A stretch of DNA of 30,622 nucleotides from Dehalococcoidia bacterium. GTDB lineage: Bacteria; Chloroflexota; Dehalococcoidia; GIF9; AB-539-J10. Below the pieces are notes generated by a model that made no database searches, was not told the origin of the DNA, and saw only the letters and a program-made list of their open reading frames with translations. The DNA is taken from NCBI GenBank assembly GCA_041551495.1, contig JBFEMR010000001.1, forward strand, positions 1 to 30,622. The letters run 5' to 3'. A program made the position numbers and the translations under genes. Numbering within the stretch: the first letter of the stretch is position 1; each line of letters starts with the position of its first letter. Positions 17,303 to 27,513 of this stretch are shown here, piece by piece.

Positions 17303-17521
17303 CCTTCCACCCCAACCTTCAGTTTGAAAAATATCATATTCTATTACTCGCCCCCCATATCGGGCATATGCCCATTACAGTAATATATTAGTGAGCCTTA
17401 GTTCACTTGATATGCATACCGAGCGATGTGTTTGACCTGTTTTGCTGTGGTTGGCTTTTCCTCATTCATGAGAGGAAGGGGACTTTTAATTCGTACTGAC
17501 TTGGGGTAAACTTTGGCAAAT

Positions 17522-19969
17522 ATGGCTCAGAAATATAACCCTCATGAAATAGAGGGCAAATGGCAACTGAGGTGGGCAGCTGACCACATTTATGAGGTAA
17601 AGGAAGATAGTAAGCGCCCTAAATTTTACGCCTTGACTATGTTTCCCTATACATCTGGAGACCTGCACATCGGCCATTGGTATGCTCTGGCACCATCAGA
17701 TGTTTATGCCAGATTTAAAAGGATGCAAGGCTATAATGTGCTTCACCCTATGGGGTTTGATGCTTTTGGTTTACCGGCAGAAAATGCTGCCATCAATCAT
17801 GGAATTCACCCTTATGATTGGACGATGAGGAATATAGAGAATATGCGCCGGCAACTAAAGACTATGGGGGCAATATATGACTGGAGCCGTGAAGTAGTCA
17901 CTTGCCTGCCAGATTACTACAAATGGACACAGTGGTTTTTCCTTAAATTTTACCAAGCTGGCCTGGCCTATCGTGCTAAAGCTCCTGTTAACTGGTGTCC
18001 TAAATGTCAGACAGTGCTGGCTAACGAACAGGTGGTAGGAGAAGGTTTTTGTGAGAGATGTAGCACACCAGTGATAAAAAAAGAGTTAGAGCAGTGGTTC
18101 TTCAGGATTACTAAATACGCCGAGGAACTACTCGATCATAGTCGTCTGGACTGGCCGGAACGTATAGAGATAATGCAAAAAAACTGGGTGGGTAAGAGCG
18201 AGGGTGCTGAAATTTCATTCCGGCTCGAAAATAATAGCATTGATCAGAAAGAGATAAAGGTTTTTACTACCCGCCCTGATACTATTTTTGGTGTGACTTT
18301 TTTCCTGTTGGCTCCGGAGCATCCCTTAGTACCCAAATTAACGACCCCTGATTGCAAAGCTGAAGTAGAGAAGTACATTACTTGGTGTCGTCAGCAAACA
18401 GAGTACGAAAGATTGGCACTGGGCAAGGAAAAAACAGGGGTCTTTCTGGGAAGTTACGTTGTTAATCCTTTGAATGATGAACGAGTGCCTATCTGGATTA
18501 CCGATTATGTATTGCCGACTTATGGCACAGGAGCAGTAATGGCAGTACCTGCTCATGATGAACGAGACCTGGAGTTTGCCAGGAAATTTAAGCTACCTGT
18601 GCGAATAGTCATTGCTCCACCCAATTGGACGAGGGGGGAATTGGCGGAAGTATATACTGATTCAGGTACAATGGTAAATTCCGGAGAGTTTAACGGATTA
18701 CCCAGTGAACAAGGGTATGAGGCAATTTGTAATTTACTTGAGGCAAAAGGATGGGGGAGGCGTACGATTATCTATCGCCTTCGTGATTGGCTTATCTCCC
18801 GACAGAGATATTGGGGAGCACCGATACCCATAATTTATTGTGATAAATGTGGCATAGTCCCTGTGCCTGAAGCGGATTTGCCTGTTCTGCTTCCTCCCAA
18901 TGCAGAATTTAAGCCAACCGGAGAATCTCCTTTGAAATATTGCCAGTCGTTTGTCAATACTGCCTGTCCCAAATGTTCTGGGATGGCAAGAAGAGAAACC
19001 GATACCATGGATACTTTTATATGTTCCTCTTGGTATTTCCTAAGATACACCAGTCCAGAAACTAGAAACTCACCTTTTGATGCCGCGAAAGTGAAGTATT
19101 GGCTGCCGGTGGATTCGTATACTGGTGGCGCCGAGCACGCGGTCATGCACCTCTTCTACACTCGTTTTTTCATCAAGGCACTAAGGGATATGGGTGTGGT
19201 CGAGTTTGATGAGCCATTTGCTCGTCTTTTCAATCAGGGGACTATAATCTATCGTGGTGATAAGATGAGCAAATCTAGAGGCAACGTGATTGGCTCTGAC
19301 GAATATGTTGAAGAATTCGGAGCTGACGCCGTTCGTGGTTATGTCATGTTCGTTGGTCCATGGGAGCTGGGGGGAGAGTGGAATGACAGGGGTATCGTAG
19401 GTATTAGTCGGTGGCTTAACCGGGTCTGGAGCTTAGTAACGGCGGATTATACACGTCGTGTCGTTGATATTAAGACTGAAAAAGAGTTCCTGCATTTAAC
19501 GCATAAGACAATTGAAATAGTGACTGCTGATATAAAAGAATTCCGTTTTAATACCATGCTGGCAAGCCTTATGGAATTCAGCAACTATCTATCCAAAGTT
19601 AAAGAGCGCGGGACAGTGTCCGATGCTCTATGGCGGGAAGCTATTAGCTATTTCTTGCTTCTCCTTGCCCCTACCGCTCCTCATCTTGCCGAGGAACTAT
19701 GGGCTAGAACGGGGCATTCCTATACCATTCATAATCAACCATGGCCTGAGTATGATCAAGAGCTAGCCAAGGAGGAAGAGGTTACTCTCATCATACAGGT
19801 AAATGGTAAACTTCGTGATAAATTGCTTGTACCAGCCTCCATAAGCGAAGCTGAAGCCAAGGAATTAGCGCTGAGTCGAGAGCGGGTGAAAGCCTATATT
19901 AATAGCAAGAAACTCACTAGAGTCATCTATGTCCCCAATCGAGTGGTGAACATAGTTGTAGGTTCATGA
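17522..19969 (+). CDS. leuS: Leucine--tRNA ligase
   Basis: MFPYTSGDLHIGH, GFDAFGLPAENAA, Zn knuckle CPKC/CERC, TTRPDT editing domain, SRQRYWG, GGAEHA and KMSKS. An in-frame TTG at 17513 is an alternative start. Confidence 0.99.
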   Translation: MAQKYNPHEIEGKWQLRWAADHIYEVKEDSKRPKFYALTMFPYTSGDLHIGHWYALAPSDVYARFKRMQGYNVLHPMGFDAFGLPAENAAINHGIHPYDWTMRNIENMRRQLKTMGAIYDWSREVVTCLPDYYKWTQWFFLKFYQAGLAYRAKAPVNWCPKCQTVLANEQVVGEGFCERCSTPVIKKELEQWFFRITKYAEELLDHSRLDWPERIEIMQKNWVGKSEGAEISFRLENNSIDQKEIKVFTTRPDTIFGVTFFLLAPEHPLVPKLTTPDCKAEVEKYITWCRQQTEYERLALGKEKTGVFLGSYVVNPLNDERVPIWITDYVLPTYGTGAVMAVPAHDERDLEFARKFKLPVRIVIAPPNWTRGELAEVYTDSGTMVNSGEFNGLPSEQGYEAICNLLEAKGWGRRTIIYRLRDWLISRQRYWGAPIPIIYCDKCGIVPVPEADLPVLLPPNAEFKPTGESPLKYCQSFVNTACPKCSGMARRETDTMDTFICSSWYFLRYTSPETRNSPFDAAKVKYWLPVDSYTGGAEHAVMHLFYTRFFIKALRDMGVVEFDEPFARLFNQGTIIYRGDKMSKSRGNVIGSDEYVEEFGADAVRGYVMFVGPWELGGEWNDRGIVGISRWLNRVWSLVTADYTRRVVDIKTEKEFLHLTHKTIEIVTADIKEFRFNTMLASLMEFSNYLSKVKERGTVSDALWREAISYFLLLLAPTAPHLAEELWARTGHSYTIHNQPWPEYDQELAKEEEVTLIIQVNGKLRDKLLVPASISEAEAKELALSRERVKAYINSKKLTRVIYVPNRVVNIVVGS

Positions 19970-19970
19970 A

Positions 19971-20786
19971 ATGAGCAAAAAGGAGCGAGGAGAAATGAAG
20001 ATAGCATTTATTGGGGGGGGCGCTATGGGAGAAGCGATTATTAAGTGCCTTTTAATGAAAAAGGTGACTGCGCCACAAGATATAGTGGTTAGTGATATCA
20101 GTCCAATGCGACGTGAAATATTGAATAAGGAATATGGAGTTGGCACATTAGCCGATAATAGAAAGACGGTGACAAATACCGATTTGATTATCTTGGCAGT
20201 GAAACCTCAGAATTTGCCTCAGGTGATGGAAAATATAAAAGGTTTGGCGCTTGAACAGTTAATATTATCTATAGTAGCTGGGGCTACTCTATCCACCTTA
20301 TGCCATGGTTTAAAACATGCTTCTGTAGTTAGAGCAATGCCTAATATGCCAGCGCAAATCGGCGAGGGAATGACTATCTGGACAGCAACTGTTGATACTA
20401 AGCAAAGGCAAAAAAAATTGGCTCAGACTGTACTGGGAGTTTTGGGTAAAGAAATCTACGTTGCCGATGAGAAATATTTAAATATGGCCACTGCTCTAAG
20501 CGCCAGTGGTCCGGCTTATGTCTTTCTCTTTATTGAAGCATTCATAGATGCTGGCGTTCATATTGGTTTGCCTCGTGATCTGTCCCAAGAACTAGCAATT
20601 CAAACTATACTTGGCTCTACACGTACTGTTGTAAAGACAGGCAAACATCCTGCCGATTTGAAGAATATGGTTACTTCACCTGGGGGAACAACTACCGAGG
20701 CTCTTCTTCAATTAGAGAAGGGGAAATTCCGCTCTTTGATCATAGAATCTGTAGACGCCGCATATAAAAAGGCAGAACGACTTTAA
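19971..20786 (+). CDS. proC: Pyrroline-5-carboxylate reductase
   Basis: GGGAMG, LAVKPQ, RAMPN, ALSASGP and VTSPGGTT. An alternative ATG exists at 19995. Confidence 0.96.
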   Translation: MSKKERGEMKIAFIGGGAMGEAIIKCLLMKKVTAPQDIVVSDISPMRREILNKEYGVGTLADNRKTVTNTDLIILAVKPQNLPQVMENIKGLALEQLILSIVAGATLSTLCHGLKHASVVRAMPNMPAQIGEGMTIWTATVDTKQRQKKLAQTVLGVLGKEIYVADEKYLNMATALSASGPAYVFLFIEAFIDAGVHIGLPRDLSQELAIQTILGSTRTVVKTGKHPADLKNMVTSPGGTTTEALLQLEKGKFRSLIIESVDAAYKKAERL

Positions 20787-20798
20787 AGTTACCATAAG

Positions 20799-21719
20799 AT
20801 GGATTCACCCTTTGAATATCGCAACTGTCCTAACTGTGGGTGGGACGATGCCACTGTGATGATTGACTCAAATATGGGGGAAGCCGATCTTAAAAAGGGC
20901 ATAAAGACCGTATATATGCTATGGGAAAATACACATGGAAGGTACGTCAAATGTAAGAACTGTCATCTTATATATGCAAATCCCACTGAAAAAGCGAGCA
21001 AAATCAATGGGGACTATTCTAAGATGGGAAATAACGATGCCCCCATTATTCGAGGAAGTCGTTTGCGTGCAGCCAAATCACAACTGGGATTAATTAGGAA
21101 ACACAAGGACGGAAAAACACTCCTAGATATAGGTTGTGGAGAAGGTTTTTTTCTTTTTAACGCCACTAAAGCTGGATATACTACTAAAGGGATTGAAATA
21201 TCACAAGATGCGGCAGAATATGCGGAAAGGGAATTTGGATTGGATGTAGAAGCAAAGCCTTTTGAAGAGCTGCAATTCCCAGACAACTATTTCGATGTAG
21301 TTACTTTATGGCAAGTGCTAGAACATGTGCCATACCCACTCATAGTACTGAAAGAAGTCCGTAGGATACTCAAGCCTGAAGGGTTGCTAGCAACGTCAAC
21401 CCCAGATATTGAGAGCATACTGGCGAAAATATTCAGAAGAAGATGGTGGAATTTAAGGAGGCTGCATATAAATCAATTCACGACAAGAACTCTTACAGAT
21501 ATGCTGAAGCGCGCTGGATTCAATAATGTATTTTCCACCCGGTATAGAGAATATATAAGTATATCTATGCTGGTTATACCATTGCTAAAGCATTTGAAAA
21601 TGTACGAACGGTCAAAAGACCAATTTAATCCTGGCTCTAATTCAGGTAAAATCATGAATAAACTGACATTAGCATATTCCTCAGGATTAGGTAATTGTAC
21701 AGTGATTGGTTTCAAATAG
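20799..21719 (+). CDS. Class I SAM-dependent methyltransferase with N-terminal Cys4 (CPNC...CKNC) zinc site
   Basis: LLDIGCGEG motif I, GIEIS, FDVVTLWQVLEHV, GLLATSTPD and WW...HINQF. Confidence 0.88.
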   Translation: MDSPFEYRNCPNCGWDDATVMIDSNMGEADLKKGIKTVYMLWENTHGRYVKCKNCHLIYANPTEKASKINGDYSKMGNNDAPIIRGSRLRAAKSQLGLIRKHKDGKTLLDIGCGEGFFLFNATKAGYTTKGIEISQDAAEYAEREFGLDVEAKPFEELQFPDNYFDVVTLWQVLEHVPYPLIVLKEVRRILKPEGLLATSTPDIESILAKIFRRRWWNLRRLHINQFTTRTLTDMLKRAGFNNVFSTRYREYISISMLVIPLLKHLKMYERSKDQFNPGSNSGKIMNKLTLAYSSGLGNCTVIGFK

Positions 21720-21730
21720 AAGGATAATAA

Positions 21731-22723
21731 ATGGCAAATATTTCTATATTGCAGGGCATGAGAATGACCACTAAGGAAATACATAACTACATAACCAATC
21801 GCCCCATAGTAGTTTCTTATGAGGTAACGCTTTCTTGCAATTGCAATTGCCGCCACTGTAACCTCGGAGGGGTCATAAAGGATGAAAAGCAAATTAAACC
21901 AGAGGAATATGGAGCCATAACACGGCGACTGAAACCAGTCGCAGCACAGATTTCCGGTGGAGAGCCACTTCTTCGTAAAGATATAGCCGCAATAGTCCAG
22001 GCTATCAAGCAGGCTGGGGCTGAATATGTAATACTCGTTACCAATGGGGTGCTACTGAACGAAGGAAATTATCTCCAATTACGTGAAGCAGGGGTACATC
22101 AATTCTCTGTATCGCTTGACTTCCCTGATGAGAGGCATGATGAATTTAGACAACGACCAGGTCTTTATAAACGTTTAGAGCAGAATCTTCCCAGGCTAGC
22201 AAGGTTTGGGTTTCGAGATATTATTTTAAACACAGCTATAACTAGAATTAATTCAAAGGAAATATTGCCATTGACGAAGAAAGCTGCTGAGTGGGGTATA
22301 GACATATCGTATAGCGCATATACTGCCCTGCGAACAGGTAACAAAGACTATTGCCTAAATAATGGGGATGATTTGAAGATTTTACGTCAGTCTATTGACG
22401 AATTGTTAATATTAAAGAAACAGAATAACCATCTTATTAACCCAGAGCTTACACTCATAGAAACTTTGAAATTTTTTGAACGAAAACATATGCCAAATTG
22501 TAAGGCAGGCATAAGATTTCTTGTTGTAATGCCCGATGGAAGCTTGGCTCCCTGTTCACTGCACCGCCACAAATATGCTACTCAAAAAGAAATGATAGAA
22601 GATTTTTCCCGAACTAACCGATGTGGTGATTGTTATGTTGCTATAAGGGCTTACAGCGAGATGTCGCTTATAAGTCACACTAAAAATCTCCCTAAATATA
22701 TACGTCAGCTAGTTTTCCACTGA
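21731..22723 (+). CDS. Radical SAM protein with C-terminal twitch/SPASM-like Cys cluster
   Basis: CNCNCRHC (CxxxCxxC), GGEPLL, TNG, SLD...HDEFR and CKAG...VMPDGSLAPC...CGDC. AAGGA SD. Confidence 0.92.
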   Translation: MANISILQGMRMTTKEIHNYITNRPIVVSYEVTLSCNCNCRHCNLGGVIKDEKQIKPEEYGAITRRLKPVAAQISGGEPLLRKDIAAIVQAIKQAGAEYVILVTNGVLLNEGNYLQLREAGVHQFSVSLDFPDERHDEFRQRPGLYKRLEQNLPRLARFGFRDIILNTAITRINSKEILPLTKKAAEWGIDISYSAYTALRTGNKDYCLNNGDDLKILRQSIDELLILKKQNNHLINPELTLIETLKFFERKHMPNCKAGIRFLVVMPDGSLAPCSLHRHKYATQKEMIEDFSRTNRCGDCYVAIRAYSEMSLISHTKNLPKYIRQLVFH

Positions 22724-22867
22724 TTTATATTTACTAGCTGTTCCTTCAACACTAGATAACTTTGCCGTGATTGGTTTCAAATAGGAGTCCGAGGTTGTTG
22801 CCTGTTAAATTTGCCCTGCCAGATAAGCAATAAAGTGGAGTCTTCTGAATAAACTGCCGTGCTAGAT

Positions 22868-23314
22868 TTAAATAATAGTAACGATTAATCTGTAAAAAAA
22901 GAACAGCCATACCGGCGTTTCTAAAGCGATTGCCCATTTTTGTCGATAAAAACCTTTGAATCCCCACCCACCCGTATCTTTCCACAAATTAAGTGTGAAT
23001 CGCCTTCTACTGAACGGATAGAACAACATCAACCCTGTCTCTGTAGGTAAGTCCATTAAGAGGTGTATGCCGATGCAAATCAACGCAAGCACAGCATATT
23101 TCCAGGAAAACAATGCAGCAATCGCTGCGACACCGAGTGCAAAAAAAGGAGTGTGAAGTTCAGCATCATGAAATTCTCTTTTTGCTAACCCTGCATCAAC
23201 TATTAATTGATCCACACTTGGCAGGTGGTGAAATACGTTTGCCAATATCACAAATTCCAGGCTATCTTGATAGCTAGCAATTGACAATCCCACAGCGACA
23301 TGAGCCAACCACAT
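22868..23314 (-). CDS. Membrane-bound metal-dependent hydrolase (YdjM/DUF457-like)
   Basis: Hydrophobic 148 aa with N-terminal His, LPSVD (PDxD-like), HDAELH (HRxxTH-like), HLLMD and GLMLFYPFS. Confidence 0.75.
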   Translation of the reverse strand: MWLAHVAVGLSIASYQDSLEFVILANVFHHLPSVDQLIVDAGLAKREFHDAELHTPFFALGVAAIAALFSWKYAVLALICIGIHLLMDLPTETGLMLFYPFSRRRFTLNLWKDTGGWGFKGFYRQKWAIALETPVWLFFFYRLIVTII

Positions 23315-23550
23315 TCCTATTGTCTACTTTACATATTTAGAATGAAATCTGTATTCACGGTTTTCTTCATCAAGTTATGATGTTAAATCTTCAGGTTGAG
23401 TTCAAATCTAGATTTGCATTATCTTTCTCAGAAGTTTTCACTTTCGAATTTTGTATTACTATCTTTCAAGGATTTAGACCATGTGATTCATATGGCTACA
23501 GTTCTATGCAACGTTTTTAGATAGCCCATGGGCAGACTTCTAATAACTTC

Positions 23551-23817
23551 CTAGTTAGCAACTGGCGTCTCACCGGGATGTAGCTTGCGCCACTTATCCA
23601 ACAATTGCTCCTTTGTCTCCTTATGTTCTGGGTCGGGAATGCAGGAATCTACTGGACAAACCTCAACACACTTTTGCGTCTCAAACCAGCCGACACATTC
23701 AGTACACTTATTCGGGTCAATTACATAGATTTCGTCCCCTTCGGTTATGGCTTCATTTTTGCATTCTGGTTCGCATGCACCACAACTAATACACTCTTCG
23801 TTAATCTTATATGCCAT
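23551..23817 (-). CDS. YfhL-type 2x[4Fe-4S] ferredoxin
   Basis: CISCGACEPEC and CTECVG...CVEVCP with the long-insert second cluster. AAGGAGG SD. Confidence 0.93.
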   Translation of the reverse strand: MAYKINEECISCGACEPECKNEAITEGDEIYVIDPNKCTECVGWFETQKCVEVCPVDSCIPDPEHKETKEQLLDKWRKLHPGETPVAN

Positions 23818-23852
23818 CTGTCTATTACCTCCTTAATCTTTAACTCCTAATT

Positions 23853-24365
23853 TTACATTTTACCGTTGCCAGTGGCAAGCTCCATAGGCACCGAAAATTC
23901 TTCCTTTAGAGCTATAGCCACATGGGGAGGAACCATGCCTTCGAGACAACCTCCTAATTTAGCCACTTCCTTGATCAAGGAAGAGCTAAGGAATTGATAC
24001 TGCGAGCTGGTCATTAAGCAAAGCAGCTCAATATCTGGCGCAAGCTTTCTGTTCATCAGTGCCATTTCAAATTCACGTTCGAAGTCAGAATTTGCTCTCA
24101 AACCACGGATCATAACCTTTCCACCTACCTGTCGCATAAAATCCACAGTTAAACCCTTAAAAGCTTTAACACGAACGTTTGACAATTCACTTACTGCTTC
24201 CTCCACCAAACTTACCCTTTGCTCCAGAGAAAAGAGCGGCTGTTTACTGGGATTTTCATAGATACCGACAATGAGCTTACTGACCAGGGCTGCTGCTCGT
24301 TCAATGATGTCCATATGCCCGTAGGTAAGAGGGTCAAAGGTACCTGGATAAACTGCAATTACCAT
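23853..24365 (-). CDS. coaD: Phosphopantetheine adenylyltransferase
   Basis: YPGTFDPLTYGH, NPSK, IRGLR, DFEREFEMA and SSSLIKEVA. Confidence 0.97.
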   Translation of the reverse strand: MVIAVYPGTFDPLTYGHMDIIERAAALVSKLIVGIYENPSKQPLFSLEQRVSLVEEAVSELSNVRVKAFKGLTVDFMRQVGGKVMIRGLRANSDFEREFEMALMNRKLAPDIELLCLMTSSQYQFLSSSLIKEVAKLGGCLEGMVPPHVAIALKEEFSVPMELATGNGKM

Positions 24366-24367
24366 AT

Positions 24368-24916
24368 TTAAACCTCCTTTTGGTATATGGAAATATAAGT
24401 GTCACCATAGCGGCGTTGCTCAATAAGATGAAGACCATCGTAGTCTGAATTTAACGGGAACCGGTTTGCGTGGCAAAGTACGATTGTGGAGTTTTCCCCC
24501 AGCAATTTCGACTTGGCCAGATTTACCAGTAAATTATTTGCAGTAGAATCGGAATAAGGTGGATCTATGAAGATAATGTCATAGCTCCTTGTGAGGAAAT
24601 TAATTGCTTTGCTTACATTACAGCAATAAATATGAGCCCACTCCAATCCCCTTATTTTTTCTAAGTTATTTCTTATAAGGTCACAACAACTTTTTTTACA
24701 GTCAACGAAATCTACCCATTCTGCACCGCGGCTCAGAGCTTCAATACCCAAAGTCCCGCTACCAGCGTATAAATCAAGAACATAGTGCCATTTAGTAGTT
24801 CTATTTTCCAAAAGAGAGAATATAGCTTGCCTTACTACACTGGTCGTAGGCCTAACTGTGCGTTTTGATAGAGTTTTTAGTCGGGTTCCCTTTACCTTGC
24901 CACCGCTGACTCGCAT
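24368..24916 (-). CDS. rsmD: 16S rRNA m2G966 methyltransferase
   Basis: RVSGG..KG..L, RPT, LDLYAGSGTLGIEALSRGA, IFIDPPY and RRYG; the classic rsmD-coaD pairing. Confidence 0.94.
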   Translation of the reverse strand: MRVSGGKVKGTRLKTLSKRTVRPTTSVVRQAIFSLLENRTTKWHYVLDLYAGSGTLGIEALSRGAEWVDFVDCKKSCCDLIRNNLEKIRGLEWAHIYCCNVSKAINFLTRSYDIIFIDPPYSDSTANNLLVNLAKSKLLGENSTIVLCHANRFPLNSDYDGLHLIEQRRYGDTYISIYQKEV

Positions 24917-24950
24917 TATTATTAACCTTCAATGAAATTTCGTGTATTAT

Positions 24951-24980
24951 AGTATATTACCATGTTATCGTTTAGTTCAA
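24951..24980 (-). promoter_or_regulatory. Putative sigma70 promoter for rsmD-coaD-fdx
   Basis: Minus-strand TTGAAC-N18-TATACT, about 35 nt upstream of the rsmD ATG. Confidence 0.45.
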
Positions 24981-24994
24981 GCAGGCTAGGCTTA

Positions 24995-25023
24995 TTGACG
25001 GAAATGGTAGTATGCTCTATACT
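24995..25023 (+). promoter_or_regulatory. Sigma70 promoter for the clpC operon
   Basis: TTGACG-N17-TATACT, 28 nt upstream of the clpC ATG and back-to-back with the rsmD promoter. Confidence 0.7.
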
Positions 25024-25051
25024 TTAGGATAAAGCTAATAATAGGATTGAA

Positions 25052-27511
25052 ATGAGCACAGGATTTGAGAGATTTTCTGAAGGAGCTCGTAGGGTGTTAA
25101 CTCGGGCTCAAGGAGAGGCACAACGCTTGGGCCATAATTACATTGATACTGAACATATACTGTTAGGTATAGCGGGTGAGGAGTCAGGTGTTGCGGCTAA
25201 AGTCTTAAGTAATTTTGGTATCTCGGTTAGTAAGATACAGGCGGCTATAGAATTTGTAATTGGGAAAGGAGAGCGTCGAGCTACTAAGGGAGAGGTTGAC
25301 CTTGCTCCCCGTGCGAAAAGAGCAATTGAGTTTGCTGTGGATGAGGCACGTCGTCTTAATTCGAGTTACATAGGTGTTGAACACCTGCTACTCGGATTAT
25401 TACGCGAAAGCGAAGGAGTAGCTTTTAGTGTTTTAGAGAGTTTTGGTATTACCTTGGAGCGAACACGCGATGAAGTCAATCGAGTTGCTAAGCAGGAATC
25501 TGTGCGAACTCGTACTACAGGTCGCGCTACCACACGCACACCAACACTGGACCAACTTGGAACCGATTTAACTGCACTCGCCCGAGCGGATAAACTTGAC
25601 CCCATTATTGGGCGTAGCAAAGAGATTGAACGGATAGTGCAAATACTGAGTCGTCGTACTAAAAATAATCCTGCACTTATAGGTGAAGCAGGTGTAGGTA
25701 AAACAGCTATTGTTGAAGGGTTAGCACAGCGCATTATAGCTGGCGAGGTTCCTGAAGTCTTACAAGGCAAGAGAATAATTGCATTAGATATAGGTGCTTT
25801 AGTAGCAGGAACAAAATACCGTGGTGAATTTGAAGAGAGGCTGAAGAGGGTCATTGAAGAAGAGAAAACGGCCGGTAACTGCATTCTATTTATTGATGAA
25901 ATGCAAACTATCGTTGGTGCCGGAGCAGCTGAAGGTGCAGTTGATGCCTCTAATCTCTTAAAGCCTTCTTTGTCTCGTGGCGAGATTCAATGTATCGGCG
26001 CCACTACTTTGGACGACTATCGTAAATATGTAGAGAAGGACCCGGCTTTGGAACGACGTTTTCAACCTGTTTTGGTAGCTGAACCTACCATGGAGGAAAC
26101 CCTGGAAATATTGCGTGGCATTAAACATAGGTATGAAGAATTTCACCAACTGGACATAAGTGACGAGGCTTTACAGACAGCAGCTACATTGGCTACAAGA
26201 TATATAGCAGACCGGTTTTTGCCTGACAAGGCTATTGATTTGATAGATGAGGCTAGTTCTCGAGTACGCATTAAACGTGGTAGTGCCCCTATTGGATTAG
26301 CCGAGGCCAAGCGTGCCTTAGAAAGTGTGCGCAAAGAAAAAGAAACAGCTATAGCAGCTCAACAGTATGAGTATTCCGGTGAATTGCGTGATCGTGAGCT
26401 TCAGCTAACGGAAAGAATCGAGACAATGGAGAAGGAGTGGCAAGTTAAGAAGGAGCAGGGCCGACCTGTAGTTACCTCAGAGGATATTGCTGAAGTAGCT
26501 AGCATGTGGACGGGCATTCCTGTAATAAAGCTGACTATTGATGAAACCAGCCGCCTTTTACAGATGGAAGAGGCTCTACACCATCGCATCATTGGCCAAG
26601 ATGAAGCCATAAATACAGTGGCTAAAGCGGTAAGGAGAGCTCGAGCCGGGTTAAAAGACCCAAGGCGTCCCATTGGCGTCTTCATCTTTCTAGGCCCCAC
26701 AGGCGTAGGTAAGACTGAGTTAGTACGAGCCTTATCTGAGTTTATGTTTGGCAGCGAAGATACTTTGGTCAGGCTTGATATGTCGGAGTTTATGGAGCGC
26801 CACACTGTAGCTCGCTTGGTTGGAGCACCGCCAGGTTATATCGGCTATGAGGAAGGCGGCCAATTAACTGAGGCGGTAAGGCGAAAGTCCTACTGTGCTA
26901 TTCTCCTTGATGAAATTGAAAAGGCGCATTATGATGTATTTAATATCCTGCTTCAGATCTTCGATGACGGCCATTTGACCGATGCCAAAGGGAGAAGGGT
27001 CGATTTTCGTAATAGCATTATTGTTATGACCAGCAATGCCGGCGCCGAGCTTATTAAGCGTGATATGAGCCTCGGTTTTGCTGCCCATGTCGAGGGCGAG
27101 GGGAAACAGCAAGTGGAGTACGAGAAGATGAAGGAAAAAGTTCTCGGGGAGATGAAGAAAGCTTTCCGGCCGGAGTTCCTTAACCGGATTGATGCCACAG
27201 TCGTGTTCCATGCTCTAAACAAAGAGCATATTCGCCAAATCGTTGACCTGATGCTTGCCCAAGTTGCCACGTCACTCGAAGAGAAGAACATTACTTTGGA
27301 AGTAACCGATGAAGCCAAGGAATTTATAGGCAACAAGGGTTACGACCCTGTTTTTGGAGCTCGCCCATTGCGTCGCACTATCCAGAATCTAGTCGAGGAT
27401 CAGCTCTCAGAAGCTTTGCTACGAGGTGAATTCCTGCCTGGAGATACGGTGATTGTGGATTGTGTTGAGGACAAAATTGCCATGAGACCCTTGATCAAGG
27501 ATGCTGTATAA
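25052..27511 (+). CDS. clpC: ATP-dependent Clp protease ATP-binding subunit ClpC
   Basis: Two Clp-N repeats, AAA1 ([12 protein letters not shown]), short UVR middle domain, AAA2 ([12 protein letters not shown]), GYIGY pore loop, LGF ClpP-docking loop and FGARPL. Confidence 0.97.
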   Translation: MSTGFERFSEGARRVLTRAQGEAQRLGHNYIDTEHILLGIAGEESGVAAKVLSNFGISVSKIQAAIEFVIGKGERRATKGEVDLAPRAKRAIEFAVDEARRLNSSYIGVEHLLLGLLRESEGVAFSVLESFGITLERTRDEVNRVAKQESVRTRTTGRATTRTPTLDQLGTDLTALARADKLDPIIGRSKEIERIVQILSRRTKNNPALIGEAGVGKTAIVEGLAQRIIAGEVPEVLQGKRIIALDIGALVAGTKYRGEFEERLKRVIEEEKTAGNCILFIDEMQTIVGAGAAEGAVDASNLLKPSLSRGEIQCIGATTLDDYRKYVEKDPALERRFQPVLVAEPTMEETLEILRGIKHRYEEFHQLDISDEALQTAATLATRYIADRFLPDKAIDLIDEASSRVRIKRGSAPIGLAEAKRALESVRKEKETAIAAQQYEYSGELRDRELQLTERIETMEKEWQVKKEQGRPVVTSEDIAEVASMWTGIPVIKLTIDETSRLLQMEEALHHRIIGQDEAINTVAKAVRRARAGLKDPRRPIGVFIFLGPTGVGKTELVRALSEFMFGSEDTLVRLDMSEFMERHTVARLVGAPPGYIGYEEGGQLTEAVRRKSYCAILLDEIEKAHYDVFNILLQIFDDGHLTDAKGRRVDFRNSIIVMTSNAGAELIKRDMSLGFAAHVEGEGKQQVEYEKMKEKVLGEMKKAFRPEFLNRIDATVVFHALNKEHIRQIVDLMLAQVATSLEEKNITLEVTDEAKEFIGNKGYDPVFGARPLRRTIQNLVEDQLSEALLRGEFLPGDTVIVDCVEDKIAMRPLIKDAV

Positions 27512-27513
27512 AT

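Noticed and set aside
17303-17521. T-box leader before leuS (also checked before gltX)
   Set aside because: There is no GGTGGNACC antiterminator bulge and no terminator with a U-tract.
22752-22985. 77-aa minus-strand ORF overlapping the 3' end of the YdjM-like gene
   Set aside because: Half of it lies inside a better-supported gene on the same strand in another frame, with no SD or motif.
23392-23412. GTTCAAATC, like a tRNA T-loop
   Set aside because: The flanking 5-bp T-stem does not pair and no cloverleaf can be built.
26940-27510. Apparently higher GC in the 3' part of clpC (possible chimera)
   Set aside because: Hand counts gave only about 48% versus about 44% on small samples, within normal variation, and the protein is continuous.
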